From assembly GCA_965216325.1 (NCBI GenBank), contig OZ244160.1, positions 2,464,001 through 2,528,000 on the forward strand: 64,000 nucleotides of DNA, read 5' to 3'. The notes beneath the pieces are model-generated. The model was not told the origin of the DNA and did not search any database. It saw nothing but the letters and a program-made list of their open reading frames with translations. This DNA is from Coraliomargarita sp. Lineage in GTDB: Bacteria > Verrucomicrobiota > Verrucomicrobiia > Opitutales > Coraliomargaritaceae. Within the stretch, counting starts at the first letter, position 1. The number at the start of each line of letters is the position of its first letter. This document shows, piece by piece, positions 43,508 through 53,922 of the stretch. The translations under genes and the position numbers were made by a program.

Positions 43508-44664
43508 TTTGTGATTAGGTCGCGGAGCTCATTTATCTGCTCTGCGATTCGATCGCTCCTTGTATCGCTCTTCAGATTTAGCGATAGGGATTCCAGTAAC
43601 TCCAAAACTCTGGGGATGCCTCGAATGCTGGCGATTCCGGTGAGTTTGTGGACACTGCGTCGCTGTCGAGTGATATCGCCTGAGGCATGGTGCTTCTTGA
43701 GTTTTTCAAGTTCCGTTTGAAAGGCGTGCTGTTGTCGGGTTTTGAGTCGTTCCAGAGTCGTTTGGGAATTGTTGGCTAAGTACTCGAGTAAACTCGAGTC
43801 GGGGATTTCACTACTGCGAGGGAATGTGTTGGCCAGCAGTTTAGTGATTTTGGCCAAGGTGAGTGGTTTATGAATGAAATATTTAAAGCCAGCCTTCAGG
43901 CAGGCGTGTTCCATTTCTTCAGTGGCGTGCGCACTCAGGGCTATAAACTGGGGGGGCTTTGAGGCCTGTCCCTGTTTATATTGTTGCACGACATCGATGC
44001 CTGAGAGCCCAGGCATGTTGATGTCGAGTAGGGCTAGATCATAGTGCTTTTTTTGCAATTGCTTGAGTGTTTGGTGGCCGTCTTGTGCCCTGTCTACCGA
44101 TGCACCCATGCGGCTCAGGATTTCGGAGTTGATGTAGCGATTGAATTCTAAGTCGTCTGCGACCAGTGCTGAGCGATCTTGCAGTATTTTGTGGTAGGCC
44201 TGTTTCTTTGGGGCTGACTTTGGGTTGATCAGGGCACCGCATTCAAAGTGGAGGCTCAAGCGTAGTTCTGTGCCATTAATGCAATGGTCGTCGAGTTCGA
44301 CTGTGCCGCCCAATTCGCTTGCCATGTCGCGCGTGAGCACGAGTTGCTGATGAAACTCTTTGGACAAGCCAACGCTTCTGAGTGTAATGGAAAAACAGGC
44401 TTCAATTGAGTCTCCGGAGCTTGCGTTGAGTTCGAGACAAACGGAGCCGTTCGTAGACTCGTTGATTGCGCTGGAGAGCAACTTGATTAAAATCTGCCTA
44501 GTCGCAACCGGTGCTCCGATCCAAAGCGAGTCAATTGGCTTTGCTAGCTTGTGGCGTAATTTCAGGCCTTTCCGGAAGGCTTCTGATTCGTGAATTGAGA
44601 TGACTTCTTGTATGAGTTGCTGCGCATTAAAGGCCTCAATTTGTTGCTTGGAATTACGGTGCAT
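43501..44664 (-). CDS. Degenerate HATPase + receiver + Hpt phosphorelay protein
   Basis: REC with LVADD, LLDINMP and HKP; Hpt-like VHKLTG; N-terminal HATPase-like remnant RQILIKLLSSAI. Confidence 0.75.
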   Translation of the reverse strand: MHRNSKQQIEAFNAQQLIQEVISIHESEAFRKGLKLRHKLAKPIDSLWIGAPVATRQILIKLLSSAINESTNGSVCLELNASSGDSIEACFSITLRSVGLSKEFHQQLVLTRDMASELGGTVELDDHCINGTELRLSLHFECGALINPKSAPKKQAYHKILQDRSALVADDLEFNRYINSEILSRMGASVDRAQDGHQTLKQLQKKHYDLALLDINMPGLSGIDVVQQYKQGQASKPPQFIALSAHATEEMEHACLKAGFKYFIHKPLTLAKITKLLANTFPRSSEIPDSSLLEYLANNSQTTLERLKTRQQHAFQTELEKLKKHHASGDITRQRRSVHKLTGIASIRGIPRVLELLESLSLNLKSDTRSDRIAEQINELRDLITNQ

Positions 44665-45030
44665 TATCAGATGCGTAAGAAAAACTTACGACTGAGCGTA
44701 GTTATGTATTAGTGAGTTTCAAGGTGCACTTTAGCCAAGTTGTTAAGTGGGGAGGGTGCTTGATTTTTGTCAAAAAACGTTATTTTGGTGCAAAAGGACT
44801 AATTGGCGAAGTTGTCTTCTTATACTAACGTGCTAGCTTTCTTGTCTATCAAAAGTAATCTGTCGTCATTGATGACGAATGTTGCTCGCAAAATTATAGA
44901 ATTTACCTGTTAGGGGTGATAGTAAGTCGCCGCTCAAAGAGAAGTTAGGGGGTCTCTTCGAGCGGCGCGTTTGTATCCATTCACGATTAAGGACTCGCCG
45001 CAGATGGCTTCCCCAATTAACTCAAACAAG

Positions 45031-45702
45031 ATGAAAGCACTGGTAGTAGAAGATGAAGAACTTGTTCGCGAGTTGCTCGCTAGTGTGGTGGCCCGTGAGT
45101 TTGATTTCGAAGAGGTTCTTGAAGCTGGAGATGGCGCAGGGGCCTGGGAACTCTATCAAGAGCATGCGGTAGATTTTGTCGTATTGGATCTGATGCTCCC
45201 TAGTCTAGATGGTCTGTCATTGGCACGAAGGATTTTGGAGCAGGATTTGGATCAGCGTGTATTGGCGATTTCCAGTGAATGCGACGAATATACTATTCGT
45301 GAGGTGAATCGTTCCGGTATTCTGGGCTTTGTGCATAAGAAAGAGCTTTCGTTGGAAGTCTTATTCGCGGCATTCAATGAAACCATGGCGGGGCATCCAT
45401 ACTACTCGGTCAATGCGCAGAAGCTAATCGAGAAAATGTGGGAAGACCCCGAAGTATACTACAAGGTCTTATCCGAGCGTGAGCTCCAAGTGCTACGTGC
45501 AGTGGCTCAGGGGCAGACTCACGAGGAGGTGGGGGAGTCTATGGGAATCAGTGCCTTTACCGTGCGTCGGCATAAGCACAACATGATGAAGAAACTTGCC
45601 ATTACAGATAGTGCTAGCCTAGTGCGTTTCGCTTTGGAAAAGGGCATTGTGAAGCATAAAGGCGGACTGGATTGGACTTCAGTCTCACACCAGAAGCATT
45701 AA
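45031..45702 (+). CDS. NarL/LuxR-family response regulator
   Basis: MKALVVEDE, LDLMLPSLDG, LSERELQVL HTH; alternative start 45004. Confidence 0.92.
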   Translation: MKALVVEDEELVRELLASVVAREFDFEEVLEAGDGAGAWELYQEHAVDFVVLDLMLPSLDGLSLARRILEQDLDQRVLAISSECDEYTIREVNRSGILGFVHKKELSLEVLFAAFNETMAGHPYYSVNAQKLIEKMWEDPEVYYKVLSERELQVLRAVAQGQTHEEVGESMGISAFTVRRHKHNMMKKLAITDSASLVRFALEKGIVKHKGGLDWTSVSHQKH

Positions 45703-45990
45703 TTAAGCAACCGCAGTGGTTTCCCTTTTCCAGCAGGTAATGTCAAAAATGCGATAGGGCACTTCGTGCATCGCGAGTGAGTCCCATTCTTCGCAGCCGC
45801 TTTGTTGCTGCACGACGGCTACGATTGCATCATTGATCTGATAATAGTGCCCGAGAGTCTGTATGGGCTTTTCGGGTAGCTCAAGTTTGAGCGCGACCAT
45901 GTCTTTCATCGTCGATTTTGACTCGATCACGAACAGCCCAAACTGAGTTTGGAAACTTAATCGTATGTCTTTGAGCCCGGAAGCACTCAT
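45703..45990 (-). CDS. Hypothetical protein
   Basis: 95-aa ORF filling the gap downstream of xseA. Confidence 0.5.
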   Translation of the reverse strand: MSASGLKDIRLSFQTQFGLFVIESKSTMKDMVALKLELPEKPIQTLGHYYQINDAIVAVVQQQSGCEEWDSLAMHEVPYRIFDITCWKRETTAVA

Positions 45991-46062
45991 GTGGACATAA
46001 TAGCTGATATGCGTTGGTCGGGGTATACGTTAAACCACGTAATTTTGCTGTTTGATAGGTTT

Positions 46063-47433
46063 TTAACCTTTGGCTGAGGTATGATCCTCGAGCACTTTAA
46101 CATCAGTGCTGCCATCGTGGAAGCGAGCCCTAAGCTTTTGGCCTGTTGAGGTTTTTGCAACGGTATCGATGATGCTGCCATTCTCTGCCTGCATTACGAC
46201 ATAACCGCGCTGCATCGTGGCATTCAGGCTGCTGTTTTGCAGGCGTTTCTGTAAATACTCGAGTTGCTCTCGTTGATGGCCGAGTTGTATCTGAACTTCG
46301 CGTTCCAGGCGGTGCTTGAGCTCGCGGGTAGATAGTTTCGCTAGTGATACGCGGGTGCGTGGATGATGTTCATACAAGCCTTGCTGTAGGCTGGATAGAC
46401 GCTGCTGGTTCTGTGCGAGTCGATCTTTCAGCGCTTGGTTAATACGGTTCTCGTAGTCATCCAAGCGTAGGCTAAGGTTTTCCAGTTGTCGTGCAGGTGC
46501 AAGAATTTGCATGCGTGCCTGTCGATCGCGCAGCTGGGTTTTGGCATCTGAAATTCCTTGTTCCGCGTAGTAACGTAAGTTCTCGCCTGCCGTTTCGGCA
46601 CGCTCCCAGCTGTCTAGGTAGAGTGACGAAATGAGCTCTGCTGCGCCAGAGGGAGTTTCTGCGCGGCGGTCGGCAATGTAGTCGGTGAGCACGACATCAA
46701 TCTCGTGGCCGACTGCTGAAATCACTGGAATCGGACAGGCGGCGACTGCGCGCGCGAGCGCTTCTTCGTTGAAGGCCCAAAGGTCTTCAATACTGCCACC
46801 GCCACGTGAAATCACTATCAGATCAAAGGTGGGCTCGCTCGCTGCAGCATGTTGGAGCATCCTCGTGATTTCGCCGGCAGCTTCGGTGCCTTGTACACGC
46901 GCAGGGAAGATGACAACTTCGCCGCGATAGTCACGCCGATGCAAGATGCGTAGGAAGTCTTTAATTGCGGCTCCAGTTGGCGAGGTGACAACCGCTATTC
47001 GTGCGGGGAGTGCGTGGAGTGGCAGCTTGTGCTCCTTATCGAAGAGGCCCTCGGCATAGAGTTTACGCTTCAACTGTTCGAACTGTGCTTGCAGTCGGCC
47101 CACTCCACTCTCAATCGCGATCTTTGCAATGAGTTGGTAGCGTCCGTGCGGTTCATACACAGAAATGTCGCCGAATAAGACCACTTCCATGCCCTCTTGA
47201 AGCTGGAAGGATTGACGTGCGGCATCGCGGGCAAACAAGACACAAGGCAGTTGGCTGCCACTGTCCTTCAGGGAGAAGTAAACGTGGCCCGAACTCTGAC
47301 GGCGCAGGTTCGAGACTTCTCCCTGCACCCAGACTTGTGCAAACTCACTTTCAAGACGCCGTTTGATATGACGTGTGAGTTCGCTGACTTTCAGGACGTT
47401 CTCCTGATCGGGTTTGAGTAGATCATCCAGCAT
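46063..47433 (-). CDS. xseA: Exodeoxyribonuclease VII large subunit
   Basis: [49 protein letters not shown]. Confidence 0.97.
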   Translation of the reverse strand: MLDDLLKPDQENVLKVSELTRHIKRRLESEFAQVWVQGEVSNLRRQSSGHVYFSLKDSGSQLPCVLFARDAARQSFQLQEGMEVVLFGDISVYEPHGRYQLIAKIAIESGVGRLQAQFEQLKRKLYAEGLFDKEHKLPLHALPARIAVVTSPTGAAIKDFLRILHRRDYRGEVVIFPARVQGTEAAGEITRMLQHAAASEPTFDLIVISRGGGSIEDLWAFNEEALARAVAACPIPVISAVGHEIDVVLTDYIADRRAETPSGAAELISSLYLDSWERAETAGENLRYYAEQGISDAKTQLRDRQARMQILAPARQLENLSLRLDDYENRINQALKDRLAQNQQRLSSLQQGLYEHHPRTRVSLAKLSTRELKHRLEREVQIQLGHQREQLEYLQKRLQNSSLNATMQRGYVVMQAENGSIIDTVAKTSTGQKLRARFHDGSTDVKVLEDHTSAKG

Positions 47434-48109
47434 TGGTCTGATTGCGACTACGCAGCATGCGTGTAATTAGAATTAGAACAATCAGCAGCATGGCACCGGT
47501 CAAGGCGATCCCCGTATTGCCCTCGAAGATCGAGCCGCTGGTTACGATGAAGGCGACGGTATAGAGACTCGCGATCGGTAGAGAAACCATCAGATACGTC
47601 GGGAAGGGGATGCCGAGCACGCCCAGTACGATGTTTTGCAAGGCATAGGGAAACCCCGGAGTAATGCGAATGATAAAGCCGAGGCGTAGTGCGTTGCGCT
47701 GGGTCATCTCAGGCAGGGCTCGATTGCGTAGAACATAGTGTCGCAGGAAATCTCGGAGAGGACCCGCTGACAAGAAGTAGGTCCAGACCGTGCAGCAGGA
47801 CTGAGCAGCGATGCCGATCAAGCAAGCGCCCAGGATCCCGTAGTTAGGAACCATGACGAGGCCGAACAATATCAGAAGGGGGCTAATGGGCACTCCGATG
47901 CCGGGTAAGATGACAATACTCAAAATCAATGCCCATGGATTGGCTTCGAGGAATTCACGCCCCAAAATCAGTAGCTGCTTCCAATATTCGAGATCAGGGT
48001 GCAGGGTCCATAATGTATAGACCGTGGCTGCAGACACGATTCCCGGAATTAGAAACAGGATCAGATTGCGCAAATTGCGCTTGTTTGAATCTGGGCTAGT
48101 CTCAGGCAT
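47423..48109 (-). CDS. TVP38/VTT (DedA superfamily) membrane protein
   Basis: Multi-[15 protein letters not shown] motif. Confidence 0.8.
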   Translation of the reverse strand: MPETSPDSNKRNLRNLILFLIPGIVSAATVYTLWTLHPDLEYWKQLLILGREFLEANPWALILSIVILPGIGVPISPLLILFGLVMVPNYGILGACLIGIAAQSCCTVWTYFLSAGPLRDFLRHYVLRNRALPEMTQRNALRLGFIIRITPGFPYALQNIVLGVLGIPFPTYLMVSLPIASLYTVAFIVTSGSIFEGNTGIALTGAMLLIVLILITRMLRSRNQTNAG

Positions 48110-48188
48110 CGGCGCGAACTTGGCACAAAATTATCCTGTGGCAACACTTGCTTGCCACGCCATGGAAATGCCCCAACATGCGCGACTT

Positions 48189-48794
48189 ATGGACGACGAA
48201 TTCAACGAATCTTCTGCTAATCCTTTTGCAATGGCACTCGCGGTGCTCGGCATCGTGCTAGGTGGTGCTGGCTTATACTTCGGTTTGACCGCGAACCAAC
48301 GTCTTGCGCCGATCAGTGCGACCCTGGAAGAAGGTTCCAGCTCTGCTGCTGTGTTGACGCAACAAATTGAGGGCTTCCAGCAGCAAATAGCGGAGCTTGA
48401 AGCGGAGGCTGAGGAGCTACGCCAGACTTTGAAGCGTGCCAACGCATACGGCAATGGCCGCGACAAGGCGATCAAGCAGCTGACTGCTGCGATCAATGAA
48501 AATCGTGAGCAGCTTGGCAAATATGGCAAAGAACTCACTGAACTTGCGTCCGGTAGCGTGCGCGTGTCGCCAGCTCCGGTTCCGAGTGCTACGCCTGCGG
48601 CAACTGTAAGTCCTTCGAGTTCCACGGAGGCCGTGAGTTCGCCTGCAGGGACGTATACGATTCAATCTGGTGATACACTTGGAAAAATTGCGTCTGCGAA
48701 AGGCGTGAGCCTGCAGGAGTTGCTTGATGCGAATCCAGGCATTCAGCCAACACGCTTGAGCATCGGCCAAACCATTAATATTCCAGCCAACTAA
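48189..48794 (+). CDS. Membrane-anchored coiled-coil LysM protein
   Basis: N-terminal TM, heptad region, C-terminal YTIQSGDTLGKIA..LSIGQTINIP. Confidence 0.88.
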   Translation: MDDEFNESSANPFAMALAVLGIVLGGAGLYFGLTANQRLAPISATLEEGSSSAAVLTQQIEGFQQQIAELEAEAEELRQTLKRANAYGNGRDKAIKQLTAAINENREQLGKYGKELTELASGSVRVSPAPVPSATPAATVSPSSSTEAVSSPAGTYTIQSGDTLGKIASAKGVSLQELLDANPGIQPTRLSIGQTINIPAN

Positions 48795-48797
48795 TTG

Positions 48798-49370
48798 ATG
48801 GCCTCGTCGAATGAGCCGGGAACGCCGCCGCGCTGGGATTTACTTGATGATCAGCTGCTGACGCCCTGTCGGGTTTGGGAGTTGCGTGCTCGGCGCTACC
48901 GCCATCCATCCAACGGAAAGGAAGGCGAGTTTTATTACCTGAACTCACGCGACTGGGCCGTTGTGGTTGCCCGCACAGTCGATGATCATCTAATCATGGT
49001 TCGGCAGTTTCGCTGGGGCTCGGATGAGCTTTCATGGGAGTTGCCCGGTGGTATCGTTGACGAGGGCGAAGATCCGGTGGCTGCCGGGTTGCGCGAACTC
49101 AAGGAAGAGACGGGGTATATAGCGGAATGCGGACAACACCTTGGCTGTTGTTCTCCAAACCCGGCAATCCTCAACAATCGTTGCCATGTGATTTTCGCAG
49201 ACAATGTTCGTTTAGGCGTTGCAGGGACTGATTGGGATGAGCATGAGGAAATGCAGATTCAAGCGGTTCCTGTAGACGAAGTGCTTCAATGGGCTCGTGA
49301 ATGTCAAATTGACCACGCGTTGGCACTTGTTGGACTGCTCTATTTTCAGCTCAAGGTCTCGCAGAGTTAG
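48798..49370 (+). CDS. NUDIX hydrolase (ADP-ribose pyrophosphatase-like)
   Basis: [26 protein letters not shown]udix box. Confidence 0.92.
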   Translation: MASSNEPGTPPRWDLLDDQLLTPCRVWELRARRYRHPSNGKEGEFYYLNSRDWAVVVARTVDDHLIMVRQFRWGSDELSWELPGGIVDEGEDPVAAGLRELKEETGYIAECGQHLGCCSPNPAILNNRCHVIFADNVRLGVAGTDWDEHEEMQIQAVPVDEVLQWARECQIDHALALVGLLYFQLKVSQS

Positions 49371-49420
49371 GAGCTCGTGCTTGCACGATGCCAAGGTGTG
49401 TTGCGCACCAGCAAGCAGCG
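49367..49420. repeat. Degenerate REP pair (TGCTTGCA family)
   Basis: TTAGGAGCTCGTGCTTGCACGATGCC ... CAGCAAGCAGCG. Confidence 0.5.
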
Positions 49421-49433
49421 CGCTGAAGAACGA

Positions 49434-50060
49434 CTATAACAAGTTCGTTGGCAGGTCCTCTGCTGCGGCTGGGCTCGTCTCATCGGCATCTGTAGCCTTG
49501 GGTAGGGGCCCTATAGTGATGTCACCGGCTAGACGTTCGAGCGATTCCGTCTCGATGGTCTTGCCGCTCACTTCAGCTTCAACAATTAGGGCACAGAGTT
49601 CACAGGCAATGTGCCAGTTTTGCCGTGCGCTGTAGTCCATCGTATCGCCGATAGTGGTCGAAAGCTCGTGCCATAGTTGATCCCAAAGGCCTGCAAAGTG
49701 CTTGGTGAGCGGGTCGGGGTGAGCTTTACGCCAGATTAGCAGTTGGGATGCCGTCCTGTCTGCACGAAATGCACGCACAAGATGGTTGCTGATTGTGCGT
49801 AGAGCACTGGCACCGCTTTCGCTTTCGTTCAACTTGCTGACTAGCTCATTAATCTCGGGCAACCAGTTGCGGCTTTCGGCCACACGTTGGAGGAGGCCGT
49901 CCATGTTGCCAAAATAACGATAGATGAGCACTTTGTCAGAGCCAGCTATCTGAGCTACATTATTGACACCGATACCGCTGCAGCCTTGTTCGGCTACTAG
50001 CTGCAGAACGGCGTTCTGGAACTTTTGCTCAGTCAGCGGGCGTGAACGTTTTTGTGGCAT
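49434..50060 (-). CDS. TetR/AcrR-family regulator
   Basis: GVNNVAQIAGSDKVLIYRYFG HTH. Confidence 0.88.
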   Translation of the reverse strand: MPQKRSRPLTEQKFQNAVLQLVAEQGCSGIGVNNVAQIAGSDKVLIYRYFGNMDGLLQRVAESRNWLPEINELVSKLNESESGASALRTISNHLVRAFRADRTASQLLIWRKAHPDPLTKHFAGLWDQLWHELSTTIGDTMDYSARQNWHIACELCALIVEAEVSGKTIETESLERLAGDITIGPLPKATDADETSPAAAEDLPTNLL

Positions 50061-50122
50061 TAACTGTTGTTATGCCGCTTTCATCGAACTGTGCAAGTCT
50101 CGCTCAAGAAAACAGAACTTTT

Positions 50123-50584
50123 TTAGCGTGCGATATCCTGTTGGCCGATCACACGGAGTTGATGGCGCTGTAAGGTGTCGGCAGCCAGATCGTTGTCTTC
50201 CAGGCTGATGGCCAATGCAGATTTCCCCTGTGGGCGTGAAATGAATGGGTAGATGTAATGGATGTTGATCTCAGCTTGAACCAGTGCACAGGTCACAATC
50301 TTGATGTCGGATTCACTGTTGAGCTCGACCGCGATCAACTCGCTCTGCACGAAGGAAAACTGGTGCTCGATCAAAAGCTTTTGGGCTTCTTCAGGGTAGT
50401 CCACGATGGTGCGGATGATTGAACTGTCCGTGGTGTCGAGAATCGACATTGCCATAATGTGCACTTCATGGACAGACAGCAGCCCGACGATTTCGTTGAG
50501 CCGCCCGACCTTGTTATCGGCGTGAATCGAAAATTGAATCACAGGTCGGAAGGGATGAGGGTCTCGCATCACATCTGAAGGCAT
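50123..50584 (-). CDS. Tandem ACT-domain protein
   Basis: [20 protein letters not shown]; start taken at ATG50584 because the longer ORF overlaps the next gene. Confidence 0.8.
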   Translation of the reverse strand: MPSDVMRDPHPFRPVIQFSIHADNKVGRLNEIVGLLSVHEVHIMAMSILDTTDSSIIRTIVDYPEEAQKLLIEHQFSFVQSELIAVELNSESDIKIVTCALVQAEINIHYIYPFISRPQGKSALAISLEDNDLAADTLQRHQLRVIGQQDIAR

Positions 50585-50686
50585 ACAGCTTAAGATACCC
50601 AAAAATGAACAGCTTGCACGGTTTTTTTTGGCAGTTGAAGGGCTGCTTACTTGCACCTCTGATGAGGCCGAATAGTGTTTGCGGCG

Positions 50687-51676
50687 ATGTCTTATATTCC
50701 CGCCTCTGATCGTTATCAAAAACTGGCTTACCAACGCTGTGGGCGTAGTGGCTTGAAGCTGCCCCCGGTCTCGCTGGGACTGTGGCACAACTTCGGCGAT
50801 GTCGATGATTTTGAAAATATGCGTGCGTTGGTACACTGTGCATTCGACTCGGGTATAACGCACTTTGATTTGGCGAATAATTATGGACCGCCGCCCGGTT
50901 CCGCTGAGCGCAATTTCGGCAAGATTCTGGCGACTGATTTACGCGCCTACCGAGACGAGCTCATTATTTCAAGCAAAGCAGGCTACCTGATGTGGGATGG
51001 GCCTTATGGCGAGTGGGGCTCACGTAAGAACTTGCTTTCCAGTCTCGACCAAAGTCTACAGCGCATGGGCCTCGACTATGTCGATATTTTCTACAGCCAT
51101 CGCCCAGATCCGGAAACCCCGCTCGGGGAAACCATGGGTGCTTTGGACACGGCCGTGCGCTCAGGCAAAGCACTCTATGTGGGGATTTCAAACTATCGGC
51201 CTGAGCAGGCCCGTGAAGCCATTCGTATTCTTCGTGAACTGGGGACTCCGTGTCTAGTTCACCAACCGAGCTATAATATTTTTGACCGATGGGTGGAGGA
51301 TGGCTTGCTCGATTTGCTGACTGAAGAGGGAGTTGGCTCGATCGTTTTCTCACCCCTCGCTCAAGGCATGCTGACCAATAAGTATCTGAAAGCGATTCCA
51401 AGCGACTCCCGTGCTGCAAAGGAGAGTAGTCCATTCTTGGATTCGGACCGGGTGCGGGAGCACTTGCCGAAGATTCAAGCGCTCAATGAAATTGCACAAG
51501 CGCGTGGGCAGTCTCTGGCGCAAATGGCAATCGCATGGGTGCTTCGTCAGCCTGCTGTGACATCGGCACTCATTGGCGCGAGCCGTTGTGAGCAAATTAC
51601 CGATATCCTTGCGGGCCTGAACGCAGATCCGTTTAGTGACGAAGAACTGCAGGCAATTGATGCTGCGAGTACTTAG
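50687..51676 (+). CDS. L-glyceraldehyde 3-phosphate reductase-like aldo/keto reductase (YghZ/MgrA family)
   Basis: [36 protein letters not shown]. Confidence 0.92.
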   Translation: MSYIPASDRYQKLAYQRCGRSGLKLPPVSLGLWHNFGDVDDFENMRALVHCAFDSGITHFDLANNYGPPPGSAERNFGKILATDLRAYRDELIISSKAGYLMWDGPYGEWGSRKNLLSSLDQSLQRMGLDYVDIFYSHRPDPETPLGETMGALDTAVRSGKALYVGISNYRPEQAREAIRILRELGTPCLVHQPSYNIFDRWVEDGLLDLLTEEGVGSIVFSPLAQGMLTNKYLKAIPSDSRAAKESSPFLDSDRVREHLPKIQALNEIAQARGQSLAQMAIAWVLRQPAVTSALIGASRCEQITDILAGLNADPFSDEELQAIDAAST

Positions 51677-51943
51677 CTAGAACTTCCAATTTGAGCCGCT
51701 GAAACGAGCGCGTTTGGTGCCCTTGGAAAATTTTGAAGCTTCGCTAGCCCATCGGCATAGTGCTCACGTGCCTCGACTGTTGGCGCAACTAGGGACGGGC
51801 TAGTTTCCTTAATCGATTGAGTCCAACCGTGTTCTGCTAGTTCCTTAAACGCTTGTTTATCGGAATTACTTAGACGTGCCCTACCAGTCTTTCATTGTTT
51901 CGATTTTTGCCTCTTGAGCTAATCCAAGCTGAAAGCCCTCCGT

Positions 51944-52003
51944 CGAAACTGTTTCACAGTTCCGCTGCCTGTGATTCGTAGCGGAAGTGCGACAGCACTT
52001 TCG
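51944..52003. repeat. REP pair (GTAGCGGAA..TTTCG family)
   Basis: CGAAACTGTTTCACAGTTCCGCTGC and GTAGCGGAAGTGCGACAGCACTTTCG. Confidence 0.75.
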
Positions 52004-52012
52004 ATCAGAGCC

Positions 52013-52894
52013 TTACTCGACGTTTTGCACCTGTTCGCGTATGCGTTCGAGGCCGTTCTTGCCATCGATCACGGCTCGGGTGATTTCGATTTGAGTCGAC
52101 TTGCTGCCGGTGGTGTTGAACTCGCGGTGAATCTCTTGGCAGAGAAAGTCCATCTTGCGGCCAGTGGCTTGGTCAGACGCTAGAAATTCGCGGAATTGTT
52201 CGAAGTGACTCTTTAGGCGCGTGGTCTCTTCGCTCACATCTGATCGATCGGCAAAGAGTGCGATTTCCTTGAGCACGCGTTCATCATTAAGATCCAGCTC
52301 CAGTTCAAGTTGCTTGAGGCGTTCCAGTAATGCGTCACGGTATTTGCCAGTCGCGTCCTTTGCGTGTGTTTCAATAGTTTCGCGGAGTGTATCCAACTCA
52401 TCGATACGTTGTCGCAGGTCTTCTGCGAGTGCCTTTCCTTCGCGTTCTCGCATGGCATCGATATCGGTAAGCGCTTCTTTAAAGGCCGTTTCGATTGAGG
52501 ACTCGATATCTTTCCAGTCAGGTAAACTGCCGCTGTCTTTGAGCGTCTTGGCCAAGTCGAGCAGTAGGGCGCCGTTTACTTCGAAGGGTAGGCCGTTCTG
52601 TTCGGCATAGGAGCGTAGCCCCGCGATGGCCTCATCCATACTCTGCGTGTTCCAGCAAAGTCCGCTCTGGCTTCCTTCAGTGGACTCCACTTTGATTTGC
52701 ACGTTTACACGGCCGCGCTGGTAGCTCTGTTTGAGCCATTCGGTGCAGCGCTGGTCGAGGCCGCTCCACTCGCGTGGTGCCGATACAAATGCATCCAGTG
52801 TCTTGCGGTTCACCGAGGTAATCTCGATGTCGATGCGAAGTTGCTGCTCTGTGATCTCGGCGGAGCCGCGACCAAATCCTGTCATGCTTTTCAT
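52013..52894 (-). CDS. yicC: YicC/YloC family endoribonuclease
   Basis: [38 protein letters not shown]. Confidence 0.95.
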   Translation of the reverse strand: MKSMTGFGRGSAEITEQQLRIDIEITSVNRKTLDAFVSAPREWSGLDQRCTEWLKQSYQRGRVNVQIKVESTEGSQSGLCWNTQSMDEAIAGLRSYAEQNGLPFEVNGALLLDLAKTLKDSGSLPDWKDIESSIETAFKEALTDIDAMREREGKALAEDLRQRIDELDTLRETIETHAKDATGKYRDALLERLKQLELELDLNDERVLKEIALFADRSDVSEETTRLKSHFEQFREFLASDQATGRKMDFLCQEIHREFNTTGSKSTQIEITRAVIDGKNGLERIREQVQNVE

Positions 52895-52916
52895 AGTTCA
52901 GTGAGGTTGATGGGGG

Positions 52917-53780
52917 CTAGATTGCCGTTGTTTGGCTAAGTAGGAAAGTCATTAGAAGGCTGAAGGCGTTGAAGCATGCATGGAAGCACATGGGCACGAG
53001 GATGTTGCCTTCTTCTTCGTATAGGTACGCGAGCAAGATGCCGATCACCATGAGTGGCACGAAGGTTGCCAAGTTGGCGTGCATCAGGGAAAATAAAGTC
53101 CCGCTAATTAAAAAGGCGAAAGGGATATTGGTTTTGCTTTTCAGAAAACGATACAAGCAGCCACGAAAGAGTAGCTCTTCTGAAATGGGCGCTAAGACTA
53201 CAGCAAAGAGCGTCAGCAGTATCATGCCCAAGATATTGCCACCTTCGGCAAAGAGTGTGACGAGTGGTTGTGGCGGCGCTTTAACATCCAGTAAATGGAT
53301 GATGCCTCCCCAGATTAAGCTGGCGATCCAGATGACTGGAACAAAGCGGACGAACAGCACCAATGCCCGTGGGAATGCCCGACCGAAAGTCATCCGGGTG
53401 CGATTCAAACTGCCCGAGTAATGGAGTGGGTAGCCGCGGCGAAGGCCAAAGAAGACACCCAGCATCGGGATGTGCAGGATGCAGACTGATAGAATGGCAG
53501 TTCCCATCGTGAGTTCGCCATCAGCAGCATTGATCGTGTTGGCAAATAGAGAGCCGACGAGGATCTGCATGAAGAAGATGGCTGTGATAATCGCGCAGAC
53601 AAAGATCAAGAAGTTGGTCCAGCCGATAGGCCATGCCGGTAGTGGTTCGCGTTCGGCAGCTTCGATTTCTTTGCCACCAAGTAGCTTCTTAATCCATAGC
53701 AAGGCACTGGTGCCGATGATCAACAAAATCACGACAGAGATCAGTGCCTCGATTGGGCCTATATCTTGTGCCTCTGGCAT
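52917..53780 (-). CDS. CPBP (CAAX-like) intramembrane metalloprotease
   Basis: APISEELLFRG, FSLMH, HACFN motifs. Confidence 0.92.
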   Translation of the reverse strand: MPEAQDIGPIEALISVVILLIIGTSALLWIKKLLGGKEIEAAEREPLPAWPIGWTNFLIFVCAIITAIFFMQILVGSLFANTINAADGELTMGTAILSVCILHIPMLGVFFGLRRGYPLHYSGSLNRTRMTFGRAFPRALVLFVRFVPVIWIASLIWGGIIHLLDVKAPPQPLVTLFAEGGNILGMILLTLFAVVLAPISEELLFRGCLYRFLKSKTNIPFAFLISGTLFSLMHANLATFVPLMVIGILLAYLYEEEGNILVPMCFHACFNAFSLLMTFLLSQTTAI

Positions 53781-53800
53781 ACTAGGCGCGATTCTTCAAG

Positions 53801-53873
53801 GGGTAGGGCTCGTTATCCTTAACGAGCCGTTCCATTGTCGACGTGGCGGTTTGGTGGGGATGTCGAACCCTAC
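53801..53873. repeat. REPIN (GTAGGG-palindrome family)
   Basis: GGGTAGGGCTCGTTATCCTTAACGAGCC ... GAACCCTAC. Confidence 0.65.
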
Positions 53874-53922
53874 AATGTACACGCTCCAGCGCTGCCTGTG
53901 TGGTTAGAGTCCGCATGCGTAC

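Noticed and set aside
44860..44932. CGCAAAATTATAG...TGATAGTAAGTCGCC resembles the 3' half of a c-di-GMP-I riboswitch
   Set aside because: No GGCAAA..GAAA P2 hairpin upstream and poor P3 pairing; would need an Rfam hit.
50585..50863. N-terminal extension of ORF 50123..50863
   Set aside because: Overlaps the divergent reductase gene; ACT similarity begins near Met at 50584.
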